From Minisyncoccota bacterium (GTDB lineage Bacteria; Patescibacteriota; Minisyncoccia; 2-02-FULL-40-12; GWA2-44-9): a DNA stretch of 64,000 nucleotides. The stretch is from NCBI GenBank assembly GCA_030583765.1, contig CP129474.1, positions 201,709 through 265,708 of the forward strand, written 5' to 3'. A program made the position numbers and the translations under genes. Below, in pieces: positions 1-9,991 of this stretch (the first letter of the stretch is position 1; each line of letters starts with the position of its first letter). A model generated the notes under the pieces. That model saw nothing but the letters and a program-made list of their open reading frames with translations, was not told where the DNA came from and ran no database searches.

Positions 1-1058
1 CGGCAGCGTCGATTGCGCTGTTCTACCTCTCTCCATTTTTTGAGATTACTCCAAAGACAAACCTGTTTCTCTTTATTACCATCGCGACGTGTCTTTTGAT
101 CACAGCGCGCATGATCGTCATCCGTGCCTCGGCTCGTATTGCACTTCGTACGCTGTTTATTGGCACAGACGCAGCAACCGAAGAAGTTATGGGAGCACTC
201 GTCGCAAACCCATATCTCGGATACATACCTCTGCGCATGCCCGAAGGCTTTGATATTCTCTCCGCCATCACGCACGGCGCATATGACATTATTGTCGTCG
301 GCCCACAAGCGCACACAACTCATCGCGTGCGCGATCTCTTTGCTGCATGCATGGAGCACAATGTGCGCTTTATGCGCTTGTCTGATTTTGCAGAAATGGC
401 ACTTGGAAAGGTGGTGCTCGGAGCCGTAGATAATGAGTGGGTTACCAGTAATATTCCTACGGCATCCCAACGTGGCTATGCGATTGCTAAGCGCGCCGTA
501 GATATTACATGCGCCGTAGTCCTTGGAATTCCGACGCTCCTTGCGCTTCCGCTCGTCGCAGGAGCGATTCGCCTCTCTTCTCCTGGTCCACTCTTATATC
601 GTCAAATGCGCATCGGAAAAGGACTCAAACCTTTCACACTGCTCAAATTCCGCTCTATGGTTGCAAATGCGGAGGCACACACAGGCGCCGTCTGGGCTCA
701 AAAAGAAGACCCTCGCGTTACGCGCTTTGGACGATTCATGCGCAAGACACGCATTGATGAGCTGCCTCAACTGTGGAATGTTTTGAAAGGCGAGCTTTCA
801 TTTGTTGGTCCGCGCGCCGAGCGTCCAGAATTCCATGGCATGCTCCGAGACGCAATCCCGTTCTACAATGAGCGCTACCTCGTAACGCCTGGGCTTACAG
901 GGCTTGCACAAATCTTGTACGACTATGGCGCCTCAGTGCGCGACGCCGCAGAAAAACTCCAGTACGATCTCTATTATATTAAACACCGCTCTCTCGTGCT
1001 CGATGTGAGTATTTTACTTCGTACCATTGCACTTGTTCTCTTTGGAAAAGGCCGCTAG
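1..1058 (+). CDS. Polyprenyl-phosphate sugar phosphotransferase (bacterial sugar transferase, WbaP/WcaJ-like), 5' partial
   Basis: The reading frame is open back to window base 3, so the gene starts upstream of the window. The C-terminal half carries the Bac_transf signature (KPFTLLKFRSM, DELPQLWNVLKGELSFVGPRAERP, TPGLTGLAQI). The N-terminus is hydrophobic. Confidence 0.85.
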   Translation, partial: AASIALFYLSPFFEITPKTNLFLFITIATCLLITARMIVIRASARIALRTLFIGTDAATEEVMGALVANPYLGYIPLRMPEGFDILSAITHGAYDIIVVGPQAHTTHRVRDLFAACMEHNVRFMRLSDFAEMALGKVVLGAVDNEWVTSNIPTASQRGYAIAKRAVDITCAVVLGIPTLLALPLVAGAIRLSSPGPLLYRQMRIGKGLKPFTLLKFRSMVANAEAHTGAVWAQKEDPRVTRFGRFMRKTRIDELPQLWNVLKGELSFVGPRAERPEFHGMLRDAIPFYNERYLVTPGLTGLAQILYDYGASVRDAAEKLQYDLYYIKHRSLVLDVSILLRTIALVLFGKGR

Positions 1059-3328
1059 AGTTCCCGCCCAAGACTCCGCGCGAACATGCGCGCTTCATCA
1101 ATAAGCTCCGGATTGATCTTCACTGCCTCACGTGCCGCTTGGAGCGCATCGTCGATTCGTCCAGCGCTCGCATACGCCGCAGAAAGTGAAACGCGATACT
1201 GAGCATCGGCTGGCTGAATTTTTACGAGCTCTTCAAAAATCTGCACAAGTCGCGTGTAGTTGTTAAATTCGTTATAGAGCGGCACCACCCGATTGTAGTC
1301 CACTTCTGTGCCGACATAGCCACGATCAAATGCTTCTTCGAAATAATCCATCGCAACTGCTTTGTTATTGCGCTCCAATTCAACGGCGCCAACATACCAG
1401 TAAGAAACTGCTACTTCTGGGTTGAGCTTCGCTGCCTTTTTAAACCAGGCAACGCCCGTTTCGTAATCGTTCTTATTGAGATACGCCTGACCGATCTCAT
1501 AGTATGTACGCACAAATGTTTCTGAAAGCTTGAGAGCGGCGGTTGCGTTTTCAAGCGCCTTATCGTTCCACGCAGATGTAGGATCATCTTTCCCAAGCGT
1601 CACATAGAGACGGGAGAGGTAGAGAAGTGGTAGATAGTCGTGCGGATTTTTAATTTTATTTTTTTCCACCTCTGCAATTGCATATTGCATCGCATCAGTA
1701 AACTGCACTCCCAGTGGCGCGAAGCGGCTCACGTCATCAAGGAGGAACTGCGCAAAGCGATGGCGATATTCATATAGCCCAATAGTGTTCTTTTCAATGC
1801 CTTCTTTAAACGAGCTCACCGCGCGAGGAAAATCATTATTCCATCCATACACGATGCCCCACGTAATGGCGCGGTTTGCCCTCGCCGGGATTACCGCAGT
1901 TGTCCAAATGAAGATGCACGCGATAATACTCAACGCAACGCCGATAGCTGGGGCAACCCAGCGGGCCGCGATCAGCCTCTGTGGAGCGGTGGCGCCTTGA
2001 CCAAAGCGCTCCCACGCAATGAAGGAAAAGATGGCAAAGAAAAGGAGCCAATTAGCCGTAGTATCAAAGATAAATGCATTGTGGATCATGTACGCCACTG
2101 TGCCACTCCCTAGTGCCCACGCCATGCGCCACGAAGCATCGTCGCGCTGAGAGATGCGGTAGAGAGCCCAAAATAGCGTAGCAAACAAGGCTACATAGCT
2201 CCCTAAGCCTAAAAGGCCCATGGTAACGAGCACCTCAACAAACATATTGTGCGCTCGATCAAAGAATGTTTCCGATCCATAACCACGGAAAAATTGTGGG
2301 TTGAAATGTTGTGCAAAAGGAATGTTGAAGTTTTCAGGTCCCCAACCAAGGAGCATCGTTTTTGGCGACTCCTGCCATCCACGCAAGCCAGCATCCCATG
2401 CCCAAAAACGCGTTTTCGCTGTGTAGGAATCAAATGATGTATCGGTGAGACGACGCATGAAGCGTGAGCCCTGAGCGATTGAGGAATCCTTTAACGCAGG
2501 GACCGAGATAAGAAGACCGAGAATCGCGGCAATCCCGAGCACACCAACAAGCGCATTGCGCGACCACGTTTCACGAAACTTCCACCACATGCCTGCCGTG
2601 AAGAGCAGCGCGCCAAGGCCCACACCAAGGAGCGAACCACGAACAACGGTCATAGTAACCGCCAAAAGACCAAGCCCGATCATAGCCTGATAGAGACGGC
2701 GCTCCCACGTAGAACCCTGTCCCCTCACCCATAGCGCAAGAGCTAAAAACACTACAGAGATCTGATACCCCGCAAACAGAGCCGCATTACCTATAGTACC
2801 AAAAATACGTTCACGGCCTCCGCCTCCGATAAACCACGATGACAGCGCACAAATACCCGAAGAGCCAGGTGTACACACGGGGAGCTTTTGGCCAAAACCA
2901 TACAGCGCCGAAAGCACTCCGCCAGCGACAAGAAGATTCAAAAAGAATATCCAGTGCGCTCGTTCACGAAGGACTGATGGCACAATGAGCGCAAACGCAG
3001 TGAAATGGAGGAAGCTAAAGAACCCACCCATTCGTTCAAGTGAGCCCCAAAAACTCGCCCATGGCACAATGCTTGTCGCCGTTGCGATACCGAATGCCGC
3101 AGTGAAGGTGAGCATGGCCACGGTGAGGCCGTGCATACGAGGCGCATAGGAGCGATCAACGATCACGAGCATACCATACACCACCACTAGAAGCTCTATG
3201 ATCGAACGAAAGATAATCGCCTTCCCAAAATGAAATGGGGAAATATACTGCGCAAAAATAATCAGCGGCACCACTGCCGTTGCATACACGAGAACGCGCG
3301 CGATCCGAGCCAGGGTCTGGGATTGCAT
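1055..3328 (-). CDS. O-antigen ligase / Wzy_C-family polytopic membrane protein fused to C-terminal TPR repeats (WaaL- or PglL-like)
   Basis: The N-terminal two-thirds is multi-TM. It carries the Wzy_C loop hallmark RAHNMFVEVLVTMGLLGLGSY (HN...E..G.hG). The C-terminal ~330 aa is TPR-like (AYLNKNDYETGVAWFKKAAKLNPE...). It overlaps the upstream convergent gene by 4 bp. Confidence 0.6.
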   Translation of the reverse strand: MQSQTLARIARVLVYATAVVPLIIFAQYISPFHFGKAIIFRSIIELLVVVYGMLVIVDRSYAPRMHGLTVAMLTFTAAFGIATATSIVPWASFWGSLERMGGFFSFLHFTAFALIVPSVLRERAHWIFFLNLLVAGGVLSALYGFGQKLPVCTPGSSGICALSSWFIGGGGRERIFGTIGNAALFAGYQISVVFLALALWVRGQGSTWERRLYQAMIGLGLLAVTMTVVRGSLLGVGLGALLFTAGMWWKFRETWSRNALVGVLGIAAILGLLISVPALKDSSIAQGSRFMRRLTDTSFDSYTAKTRFWAWDAGLRGWQESPKTMLLGWGPENFNIPFAQHFNPQFFRGYGSETFFDRAHNMFVEVLVTMGLLGLGSYVALFATLFWALYRISQRDDASWRMAWALGSGTVAYMIHNAFIFDTTANWLLFFAIFSFIAWERFGQGATAPQRLIAARWVAPAIGVALSIIACIFIWTTAVIPARANRAITWGIVYGWNNDFPRAVSSFKEGIEKNTIGLYEYRHRFAQFLLDDVSRFAPLGVQFTDAMQYAIAEVEKNKIKNPHDYLPLLYLSRLYVTLGKDDPTSAWNDKALENATAALKLSETFVRTYYEIGQAYLNKNDYETGVAWFKKAAKLNPEVAVSYWYVGAVELERNNKAVAMDYFEEAFDRGYVGTEVDYNRVVPLYNEFNNYTRLVQIFEELVKIQPADAQYRVSLSAAYASAGRIDDALQAAREAVKINPELIDEARMFARSLGREL

Positions 3329-3341
3329 AGCTTGTAGCAGT

Positions 3342-4721
3342 TTACGGAATTATCGGTGCTGTGGCAACGGCTATCCTTCGCGACATAATACGCCAGAGCA
3401 TAAGCCACGAGACTATGTGCGAGGCGCCATACCATACTGTCACCATCCCAATCGCGCCCAAAACTCCGAAATGCCCCATAGCCCACAAGCCTGTTGGGAT
3501 GCCGAGAGCGAGCACGCCGATATTGATGCCTATGGAATAGTGTACCGCATGGAGCGCGCGCCATAGGGGCCCCAACGCAACGCCAATGCCGTATACCACG
3601 CCATACCCAAACAAGAGCGCAACAAGGTGCGAGGCATCTGCGAACAGTTCGCCGTAGAGTATGGGAAATACCGTTGGAGCGATGAGCGCCAGTACGCCAG
3701 CGATAGCGGCTGTTATAACAACACCAACGGACGTAGCGCGCACAAAGGTGCGCCGTACGGCTGCAAGCCCAACAAGTTCAAGACGTGGGAATTCCCCATT
3801 CAATAGCGTGGAGAGCGGCCCAATCATGCCGACGCCAATATTGATAAAACCAAATGCGACCTTAAACGCTCCCACCTCTCCCGCAGTGACAAATGTACCC
3901 AAGAGGACCACGGGGAGCACCGCAAAAAGCGTACCGATGTTTCTATCAAATGCCACCAGGGCACTTGCGCGCATGTAGCGCGCAAGTGATACGCGAGCAA
4001 CGTGCGAAAGAATTTCTTCCCAGCTCGGCATGAGCGAATCTCTCACGTGAGTGCGCTGGAGAAGCCAAGCGCTCACAAGAGCAATGACACACGCACCTAC
4101 AAAGTGTCCCGCCATTGCACCGGCAACTCCAAATCCTAACAGAATAGCGCCGAGAGCAAGACCGTTGCGTACAAAGATATCGAGAAATACAAATGCAGAA
4201 AGCGAACGCACGCCGCCAGAAATCTGTAATGCAACACTCGCAAGCGCGAAGAAGAGAGTCGAGATCACCGACGCGCACACCACAACAAGCGCATACCATC
4301 CGATTGCGGAAGCACCGTACCACGCATGGGCGATCCACGGCGCCAGAGCCCCAATCGCAATACCACACATTCCAAGCATCAGCGAAGCCTTGAGCGCATA
4401 TGCAAAAAGAGAAACTACCTCCGCCCGATCACTGCTATGATACGCACGACCAACCATCGACGTTACTGACTCTTGTATACCGACGCCAAACACAATACTC
4501 ATCATGCCAGCCAGCCCCATCGCAAGTGCATAGATACCAAACGCTTCTGGTGCCAAAAGCCGCGCAATAAGAACGCCGGCAACTGCCTGGGTCAGAGTCG
4601 CCGCAACAGTACCAATTTGCAAAATTGCAACCCGCCGCACAAACCAGTGTTGCAGGACACGCCCTATGCGACCGCGAAGATGTGCGTACATTTTGCGTAT
4701 CATAACAACCCCGAAAAACAT
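3342..4721 (-). CDS. Wzx-like polysaccharide flippase (MOP/MATE superfamily polysaccharide biosynthesis protein)
   Basis: A roughly 12-TM protein with a polysaccharide-biosynthesis-protein-like N-terminus (LQIGTVAATLTQAVAGVLIARLLAPEAFGIYAL). I placed the start at the Met at 4721 (alternatives at 4703 or 4691) to avoid overlapping the divergent ABC gene at 4763. Confidence 0.65.
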   Translation of the reverse strand: MFFGVVMIRKMYAHLRGRIGRVLQHWFVRRVAILQIGTVAATLTQAVAGVLIARLLAPEAFGIYALAMGLAGMMSIVFGVGIQESVTSMVGRAYHSSDRAEVVSLFAYALKASLMLGMCGIAIGALAPWIAHAWYGASAIGWYALVVVCASVISTLFFALASVALQISGGVRSLSAFVFLDIFVRNGLALGAILLGFGVAGAMAGHFVGACVIALVSAWLLQRTHVRDSLMPSWEEILSHVARVSLARYMRASALVAFDRNIGTLFAVLPVVLLGTFVTAGEVGAFKVAFGFINIGVGMIGPLSTLLNGEFPRLELVGLAAVRRTFVRATSVGVVITAAIAGVLALIAPTVFPILYGELFADASHLVALLFGYGVVYGIGVALGPLWRALHAVHYSIGINIGVLALGIPTGLWAMGHFGVLGAIGMVTVWYGASHIVSWLMLWRIMSRRIAVATAPIIP

Positions 4722-4762
4722 TGTAAAATCAATAAAAATATGGTATGGTATAAGTCGCAAAT

Positions 4763-6553
4763 ATGGCACTCGTCCCAACAAAAAAACTAATCTCTATAGC
4801 GCAGCTCGTGCTCTTTGCGTTTCGAAAATATAAGCTGCAATTTGCCGGTCTCATCGGCCTTGGGTTCTTAGGCGGTCTTTCCGAAGCGGTTGGCATTAGC
4901 GCTGCGATCCCGCTTTTTTATCTGATGACGGGGCAGGATCTTCCATCCGCGAACATTATCACGGACTTTATTACTACAGCATTCAATGTTTTACACATAC
5001 CCGTCACACCACCGTTCCTACTTGGCTTTATCATTACCCTTTTCATTTTTAAAGCCGTAGTGCAATTTGCCGTGCGCTATATGAATGCCCTTACTGTAGC
5101 ACGCTTTGAGGAGCAGACACGAAACGACCTGCTTTCCAAGACGCTTCAGGCAACGTGGCCATATCTTCTCAATAAAAAAGCTGGGCATTTAGAAGCGGTC
5201 ATGATTATGGATGTGGAACGCGGCGCAATGGTATTTAACCAAGTAAGCGCTGTTGCTATTTTTCTCACCGGATTCATAACCTATGCCCTTGCCGCGCTCA
5301 GCATCTCAACGCCAATTACTCTTTTATCGATCGGTATTGGTGGAGCGATGTTTTTTCTCTTAAAGCCAGTTTTCTATCGCAGCCGCAAATTGATCGAAGA
5401 AGCTGCCACAAGCACACGAGATATACACCATTATCTCAGTGAGAGCTTTTTTGGCATTAAAGCTATTAAGGCCGCTGCGCGCGAACATCCTGTGCTCGAC
5501 ACGGGCAGACAATATTTCCGGAACCTGCGCAACGCGCGTGTCAAAACTTCTTTTTACAGACAGTCCGCGCTCGCGCTCATTGAGCCGGTGAGTTTCATTT
5601 TTATCAGTATACTTTTTGCCCTCTCATACACTGCACCAACATTTTCTATCGCATCATTTGTGGTGATCATGTATCTCATTCAAAAAATGTTTTCCTTTTT
5701 ACAATCAACACAGAGCAACCTCCATGCAATCAATGAATTTACTCCGCACCTAAAGAGCATACTCCGATATCGCAAAGAAATCGTAACACAACGGGAACAG
5801 AATACTGGCACTACGCCCTTCTCTTTCCAAAAAGAGCTCACGTTTGACAATGTAGACTTTGCTTACAATGAAACAAAGAAAATTCTTGTGAATGCGTCTT
5901 TCTCGGTGCCACGCGGATCATTTACCGCAATCGTTGGTCCTTCGGGCATTGGGAAAACAACCATCGGAGACATACTTCTACGACTTCTGACGCCTCAGGC
6001 TGGGCGTGTCACCATAGACGGACATGACATTTCTACTATTGATATGCATGAATGGCGCAAGCACATAGGATACGTGCCACAAGACCCGTTTCTACTCAAC
6101 GATACTATTGAAAACAATATCCGTTTTTTTGATAACGAGGTGACGCAGGAGCAGATCATACAAGCCGCAAAACGAGCGCATATATATGATACCGTTATGG
6201 AGCTCCCTGAGCAGTTCGCGACAAGAGTTGGCGATCGTGGATTAAAACTTTCTGGCGGGCAACGCCAACGCATAGTGCTTGCGCGCGCACTCGCACGCGA
6301 GCCAAGCATTCTTATCTTAGACGAGGCGACAAGCGCCGTAGATCATGAGTCAGAAGAGCTCATCCAAAAAGCACTGCAGAATCTTCGTGGAAAGACGACT
6401 GTCATCGCCATCACACATCGCATTGCGTCAATCCTTTCTTTTGACCAAATTATTGCCCTCGATCACGGAAAAGTTGTAGAAGCAGGCAACCCTCAAGACC
6501 TCCTTGGGCAAAAAGATTCTTATGTTGCCCGACTTTCATCGATACAATTATGA
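4763..6553 (+). CDS. ABC exporter, fused permease/ATP-binding (MsbA-like lipid/glycan exporter)
   Basis: An N-terminal 6-TM domain is followed by Walker A GPSGIGKTT, ABC signature LSGGQRQR, Walker B ILILDEATSAVD and an H-loop. Confidence 0.9.
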   Translation: MALVPTKKLISIAQLVLFAFRKYKLQFAGLIGLGFLGGLSEAVGISAAIPLFYLMTGQDLPSANIITDFITTAFNVLHIPVTPPFLLGFIITLFIFKAVVQFAVRYMNALTVARFEEQTRNDLLSKTLQATWPYLLNKKAGHLEAVMIMDVERGAMVFNQVSAVAIFLTGFITYALAALSISTPITLLSIGIGGAMFFLLKPVFYRSRKLIEEAATSTRDIHHYLSESFFGIKAIKAAAREHPVLDTGRQYFRNLRNARVKTSFYRQSALALIEPVSFIFISILFALSYTAPTFSIASFVVIMYLIQKMFSFLQSTQSNLHAINEFTPHLKSILRYRKEIVTQREQNTGTTPFSFQKELTFDNVDFAYNETKKILVNASFSVPRGSFTAIVGPSGIGKTTIGDILLRLLTPQAGRVTIDGHDISTIDMHEWRKHIGYVPQDPFLLNDTIENNIRFFDNEVTQEQIIQAAKRAHIYDTVMELPEQFATRVGDRGLKLSGGQRQRIVLARALAREPSILILDEATSAVDHESEELIQKALQNLRGKTTVIAITHRIASILSFDQIIALDHGKVVEAGNPQDLLGQKDSYVARLSSIQL

Positions 6554-7740
6554 AAAAAGCACGCTATCTCCTTGCGCACGGGCTTCGCAAACTCGCTTCG
6601 CGTATCATGCCGCGCGGGCACGCGCAGGGAATCACGTATCCAGACCTTGGTAGCGAGCGTCTTCCGAACGACGCGCCACGAGCACTGATTATTTATAGCG
6701 CAACCGGTATCGATCGCTACGTGCGCGGCGTGCCTCTCTCTGACCCTATTTTTAATAAGCACACCATTTACTGGGAATCAGTCAGGATGGTTCAAATCCT
6801 CAACGATGCCGGATATATCGTTGACTATTGCGATGTTTGGAAGCCATTCTCGGTCGATTGGAAGCGGTATGCCATTGTCATAGATAACCTCAACAATCTC
6901 AAAGATATACCCGAGGAACTCCCCATTAAGAAAGTATACTGGGCAACGAATAACCACTGGCTCACCTGGAATGCTGCCGAGCTACGGCGTCTTACGTGGT
7001 TCCGCGAGCGCACGGGCATAACAGTACCCATGGCGCGACAACTACCCAGCACACTCTCAGATGAGTATGCCGATCACCTCACCTATTTTGGCACCGCACT
7101 CCAACGAGATTCATTCAGCCAGCGCCCACGTGGTCATTGTATTCCTATAAGTAGCTGTGTACTCCCTCCATATAAGAAAAAAGATCTTTCAGTAGCTCGT
7201 AATAAATTTATATGGATGGGAGGTGGTGGTCTTGTACATAAAGGCTTAGACATTGTACTTGAAGCATTTTCGAGAATGCCACATGCAGAGCTGTACGTCG
7301 TGGGCAACATGCAAGAAGAGCCGCGGTTTTGGCAATGGGTACAACCGCTTATTGCAACTCATGCAAACATCCACCCACTAGGATGGATGGACCTTACATC
7401 AAAAGAGTTTTGTGATATCGCAGACCAATGCATCGCTACCGTATACGCAAGTGCGGCAGAGGGCGGTCCTGGCACTATTGCACGATTATTACATCACGGT
7501 ACGATACCTATCGTTACTCCAGAAAGCTTCGTGCGCGCAGAAGTGCACGGATTTCAAATCAACGGGTCAACAGATCAGGAGATGATCGCCTCCACCATGC
7601 ACCTCGTAGAGATGGTCATGCGCATGCCCGATGGCGAACTCCACAACGCCTCGGAGAAAGCCCGCGCATTTGCTAAAGACAACCATACCCGTCATGCGTT
7701 CGAAAAAAGCTTCGCATCATTCATTAAAGAAATAATGTAA
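6550..7740 (+). CDS. Glycosyltransferase, GT-B fold (GT4-like)
   Basis: C-terminal GT-B motifs are present (FIWMGGGGLVHKGLDIVLEAF, YASAAEGGPGTIARLLHHGTIPIV). There is a 4-bp overlap with the upstream ABC gene. Confidence 0.55.
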   Translation: MKKARYLLAHGLRKLASRIMPRGHAQGITYPDLGSERLPNDAPRALIIYSATGIDRYVRGVPLSDPIFNKHTIYWESVRMVQILNDAGYIVDYCDVWKPFSVDWKRYAIVIDNLNNLKDIPEELPIKKVYWATNNHWLTWNAAELRRLTWFRERTGITVPMARQLPSTLSDEYADHLTYFGTALQRDSFSQRPRGHCIPISSCVLPPYKKKDLSVARNKFIWMGGGGLVHKGLDIVLEAFSRMPHAELYVVGNMQEEPRFWQWVQPLIATHANIHPLGWMDLTSKEFCDIADQCIATVYASAAEGGPGTIARLLHHGTIPIVTPESFVRAEVHGFQINGSTDQEMIASTMHLVEMVMRMPDGELHNASEKARAFAKDNHTRHAFEKSFASFIKEIM

Positions 7741-8573
7741 TGTCTCATATCTACGTCACGGGGGCGCGCGGAAACATTGGCTCAATGCTCCTCCAATATA
7801 TGCCGCATGCAACCCCCGTATATGGCAACATACTCACCGAGCCATTGTTGGAAGACGCTTTTGAGCCCCATAGCATCCTTGTACACCTTGCGGGGAAATC
7901 TAATATTCAGGAAAGCTACACGAAGGAACTGGAATACCACAAAGTAAATGTCGCCGGTCTAGAGCGCATTGCACGCATGTGTTTGCAAAAAAATATAAAG
8001 ATGATATTCCCATCATCCATTCACATATACGGATCAAGCCCTCCCCCGCTTACAGAACGCGCCCTCCTACATGCGTATAGCCCCTATGGCGAAACAAAGA
8101 TACGCGGCGAGCACATACTGCACCAATGGGGGCGCGAAGGATTAAAATATGTCATCTTGCGGCCAGGTGGTATTTTTGGCTATTCTCCAGGCATGCATTT
8201 TGATACCACAGTTAATAAATTTACTTTTCAAGCATTTCAAAATGTGCCGCTCTCTATTTGGAAGGAGGCCCTTCATAAACGGCGAGGGCATCTATATGTT
8301 GGCGACGCAGTGCGAGCAATCGCGTTTTTTATAGAGCATGATATATTTACCAACGACGCCTATAACGTTATTACGGGCAATTTCACCACCAACGAGATAA
8401 TGCAAGCCATCCGAGAATACATACCCCATGTACAGACTACCTACAGGACAAGTATAGCCGCCAACACTCACCTCGAAATCAGCGATGAGAAGATAAGGAA
8501 TCTCGGGTTTGTCCCCACAGGCACCTTGAAGCAAGGAATCGGTGAAGTCATGCGCCACCTCCAAGCACTATGA
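7740..8573 (+). CDS. NAD-dependent epimerase/dehydratase family (SDR) sugar-nucleotide enzyme
   Basis: N-terminal Rossmann motif YVTGARGNIGSML. There is a YxxxK-like region (YSPYGETK). Length and context fit a nucleotide-sugar epimerase/reductase. Confidence 0.55.
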   Translation: MSHIYVTGARGNIGSMLLQYMPHATPVYGNILTEPLLEDAFEPHSILVHLAGKSNIQESYTKELEYHKVNVAGLERIARMCLQKNIKMIFPSSIHIYGSSPPPLTERALLHAYSPYGETKIRGEHILHQWGREGLKYVILRPGGIFGYSPGMHFDTTVNKFTFQAFQNVPLSIWKEALHKRRGHLYVGDAVRAIAFFIEHDIFTNDAYNVITGNFTTNEIMQAIREYIPHVQTTYRTSIAANTHLEISDEKIRNLGFVPTGTLKQGIGEVMRHLQAL

Positions 8574-9277
8574 AATATCTCGTAACAGGAAGCCATGGAA
8601 AGCTGGGCGCTGAATTGTGCCCCCTTATACCCTGCGTGACGCCAACTCATGCAGAAATGGATATTCTGAATCCCGATGCCGTGGAACGCTTCGTGTCTCG
8701 AGAGGATATAAACGCGGTCGTGCATCTTGCCGCAATCACAAGCCGCGCTGCAGCAGAAAAAGATAAGCTGCAATCATATAGAGTGAATGTACAGGGTACG
8801 CGCACGATCGCAACAGTCGCCGCGCGCCACCAAAAAAAGGTCATATATATTTCCACCGAGATCGTATTTCCAGGGTCTGAAGGAAATTATCGAGAAGACG
8901 ACACCCCATCACCTAAAGACTGGTACGGGTTCACAAAACTTGCAGGAGAGTTTGAAGTGCAAACTGCAACAGATGATCACCTCATCATCAGAACTACATT
9001 CCGCCCAAAGACATGGGAATTCCCAACAGCCTTTACGAATGTAGTGACCGTAGGAGACTATGTAGATATCATTGCGAAAGAGATCGCCCTCTGTCTCACT
9101 ATAAATCCCGTTGGGATCATTCACATTGGAACTCCAAAGAAAACTTTTTTTGAGCTCGCCAAACGAAGGAAGCCCGACATACAAGAGGAACTATTTCCAG
9201 ATAACACGTTCTTAAGGAGAGACCTTAATATTGAAAAGTGGGAGATGCTCAAAAAAGAGAGCGGTTCTCATATGTAG
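8570..9277 (+). CDS. RmlD-like (dTDP-4-dehydrorhamnose reductase family) short SDR reductase
   Basis: MKYLVTGSHGKLG Rossmann motif. DILNPDAV...VVHLAAITS and the YGFTKLAGE catalytic YxxxK resemble the RmlD substrate-binding-domain family. Confidence 0.5.
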   Translation: MKYLVTGSHGKLGAELCPLIPCVTPTHAEMDILNPDAVERFVSREDINAVVHLAAITSRAAAEKDKLQSYRVNVQGTRTIATVAARHQKKVIYISTEIVFPGSEGNYREDDTPSPKDWYGFTKLAGEFEVQTATDDHLIIRTTFRPKTWEFPTAFTNVVTVGDYVDIIAKEIALCLTINPVGIIHIGTPKKTFFELAKRRKPDIQEELFPDNTFLRRDLNIEKWEMLKKESGSHM

Positions 9278-9283
9278 ACCAAC

Positions 9284-9991
9284 ATGAACGAATATCAAAA
9301 GAACCATCTTGCCACGATCACTGAAACCACCATCCGTGGCATCGGAGATTCTGACCGACATGCGCTCACACTCTTTGGTATTGCCGCTGGCAGCAAGGGC
9401 AAGCTCTTCTTAGAGCTAGGCGTACGCAATGGTGATAGCACGTTGCCGCTTCTCCTGGCCGCTCATCTGGTTGGCGCCAAACTCATCTCCGTAGACATCC
9501 AGCAGACAACATTCACTCCGCCACCCGACCTTGCTCCACATTGGCAATTTATTCAGAGCGACGCGCTCGCCTATTTGAGTAACGTCCCGAATGATACCGT
9601 TTTTGATATTGTGTTTGTTGATGATTGGCATACATACCCGCATGTCAAAAAAGAACTAGAGCTACTCACGCGCCACGTTACACCACAGAGCATCGTCTGT
9701 CTCCATGATCTGATGTATGGGGGTACAGAGCCTCGCTATCATACAAATCCTGGCATGCATAAGGGTGAGTGGGCATACGGTGGGCCATATAGGGCCGTTG
9801 CGAACCTCAACGACTCGTGGGAGTGGGCAACGCTCCCTTGGCACAGCGGGTTGACCATCTTACGCAAGAAAGATAGCGTCTTTGCAGAAAGCCGCATTAA
9901 AATGTGGGCTAAGCGCACTATACGCCACTTAGTACCAAATCTATGGCAGAGGCTTCTCGCAATATACCGACACTTTAAAACATTATCATGA
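9284..9991 (+). CDS. Class I SAM-dependent methyltransferase (TylF/MycF / cephalosporin-hydroxylase-like O-methyltransferase fold)
   Basis: LELGVRNGDSTLPL (motif I-like) and DIVFVDDWHTYPHVKKELE (acidic motif) are typical of sugar O-methyltransferases. Confidence 0.5.
   Translation: MNEYQKNHLATITETTIRGIGDSDRHALTLFGIAAGSKGKLFLELGVRNGDSTLPLLLAAHLVGAKLISVDIQQTTFTPPPDLAPHWQFIQSDALAYLSNVPNDTVFDIVFVDDWHTYPHVKKELELLTRHVTPQSIVCLHDLMYGGTEPRYHTNPGMHKGEWAYGGPYRAVANLNDSWEWATLPWHSGLTILRKKDSVFAESRIKMWAKRTIRHLVPNLWQRLLAIYRHFKTLS

Noticed and set aside
96-1058. Met start at 96 for the first gene
   Set aside because: The frame is open to window base 3 and the upstream residues are hydrophobic TM-like, so the gene is 5'-truncated by the window edge rather than starting at 96.
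3946-4440. Several 100-140 aa ORFs on both strands inside the flippase gene
   Set aside because: They are embedded in a 12-TM flippase coding region and have Cys/Arg-rich nonsense compositions.
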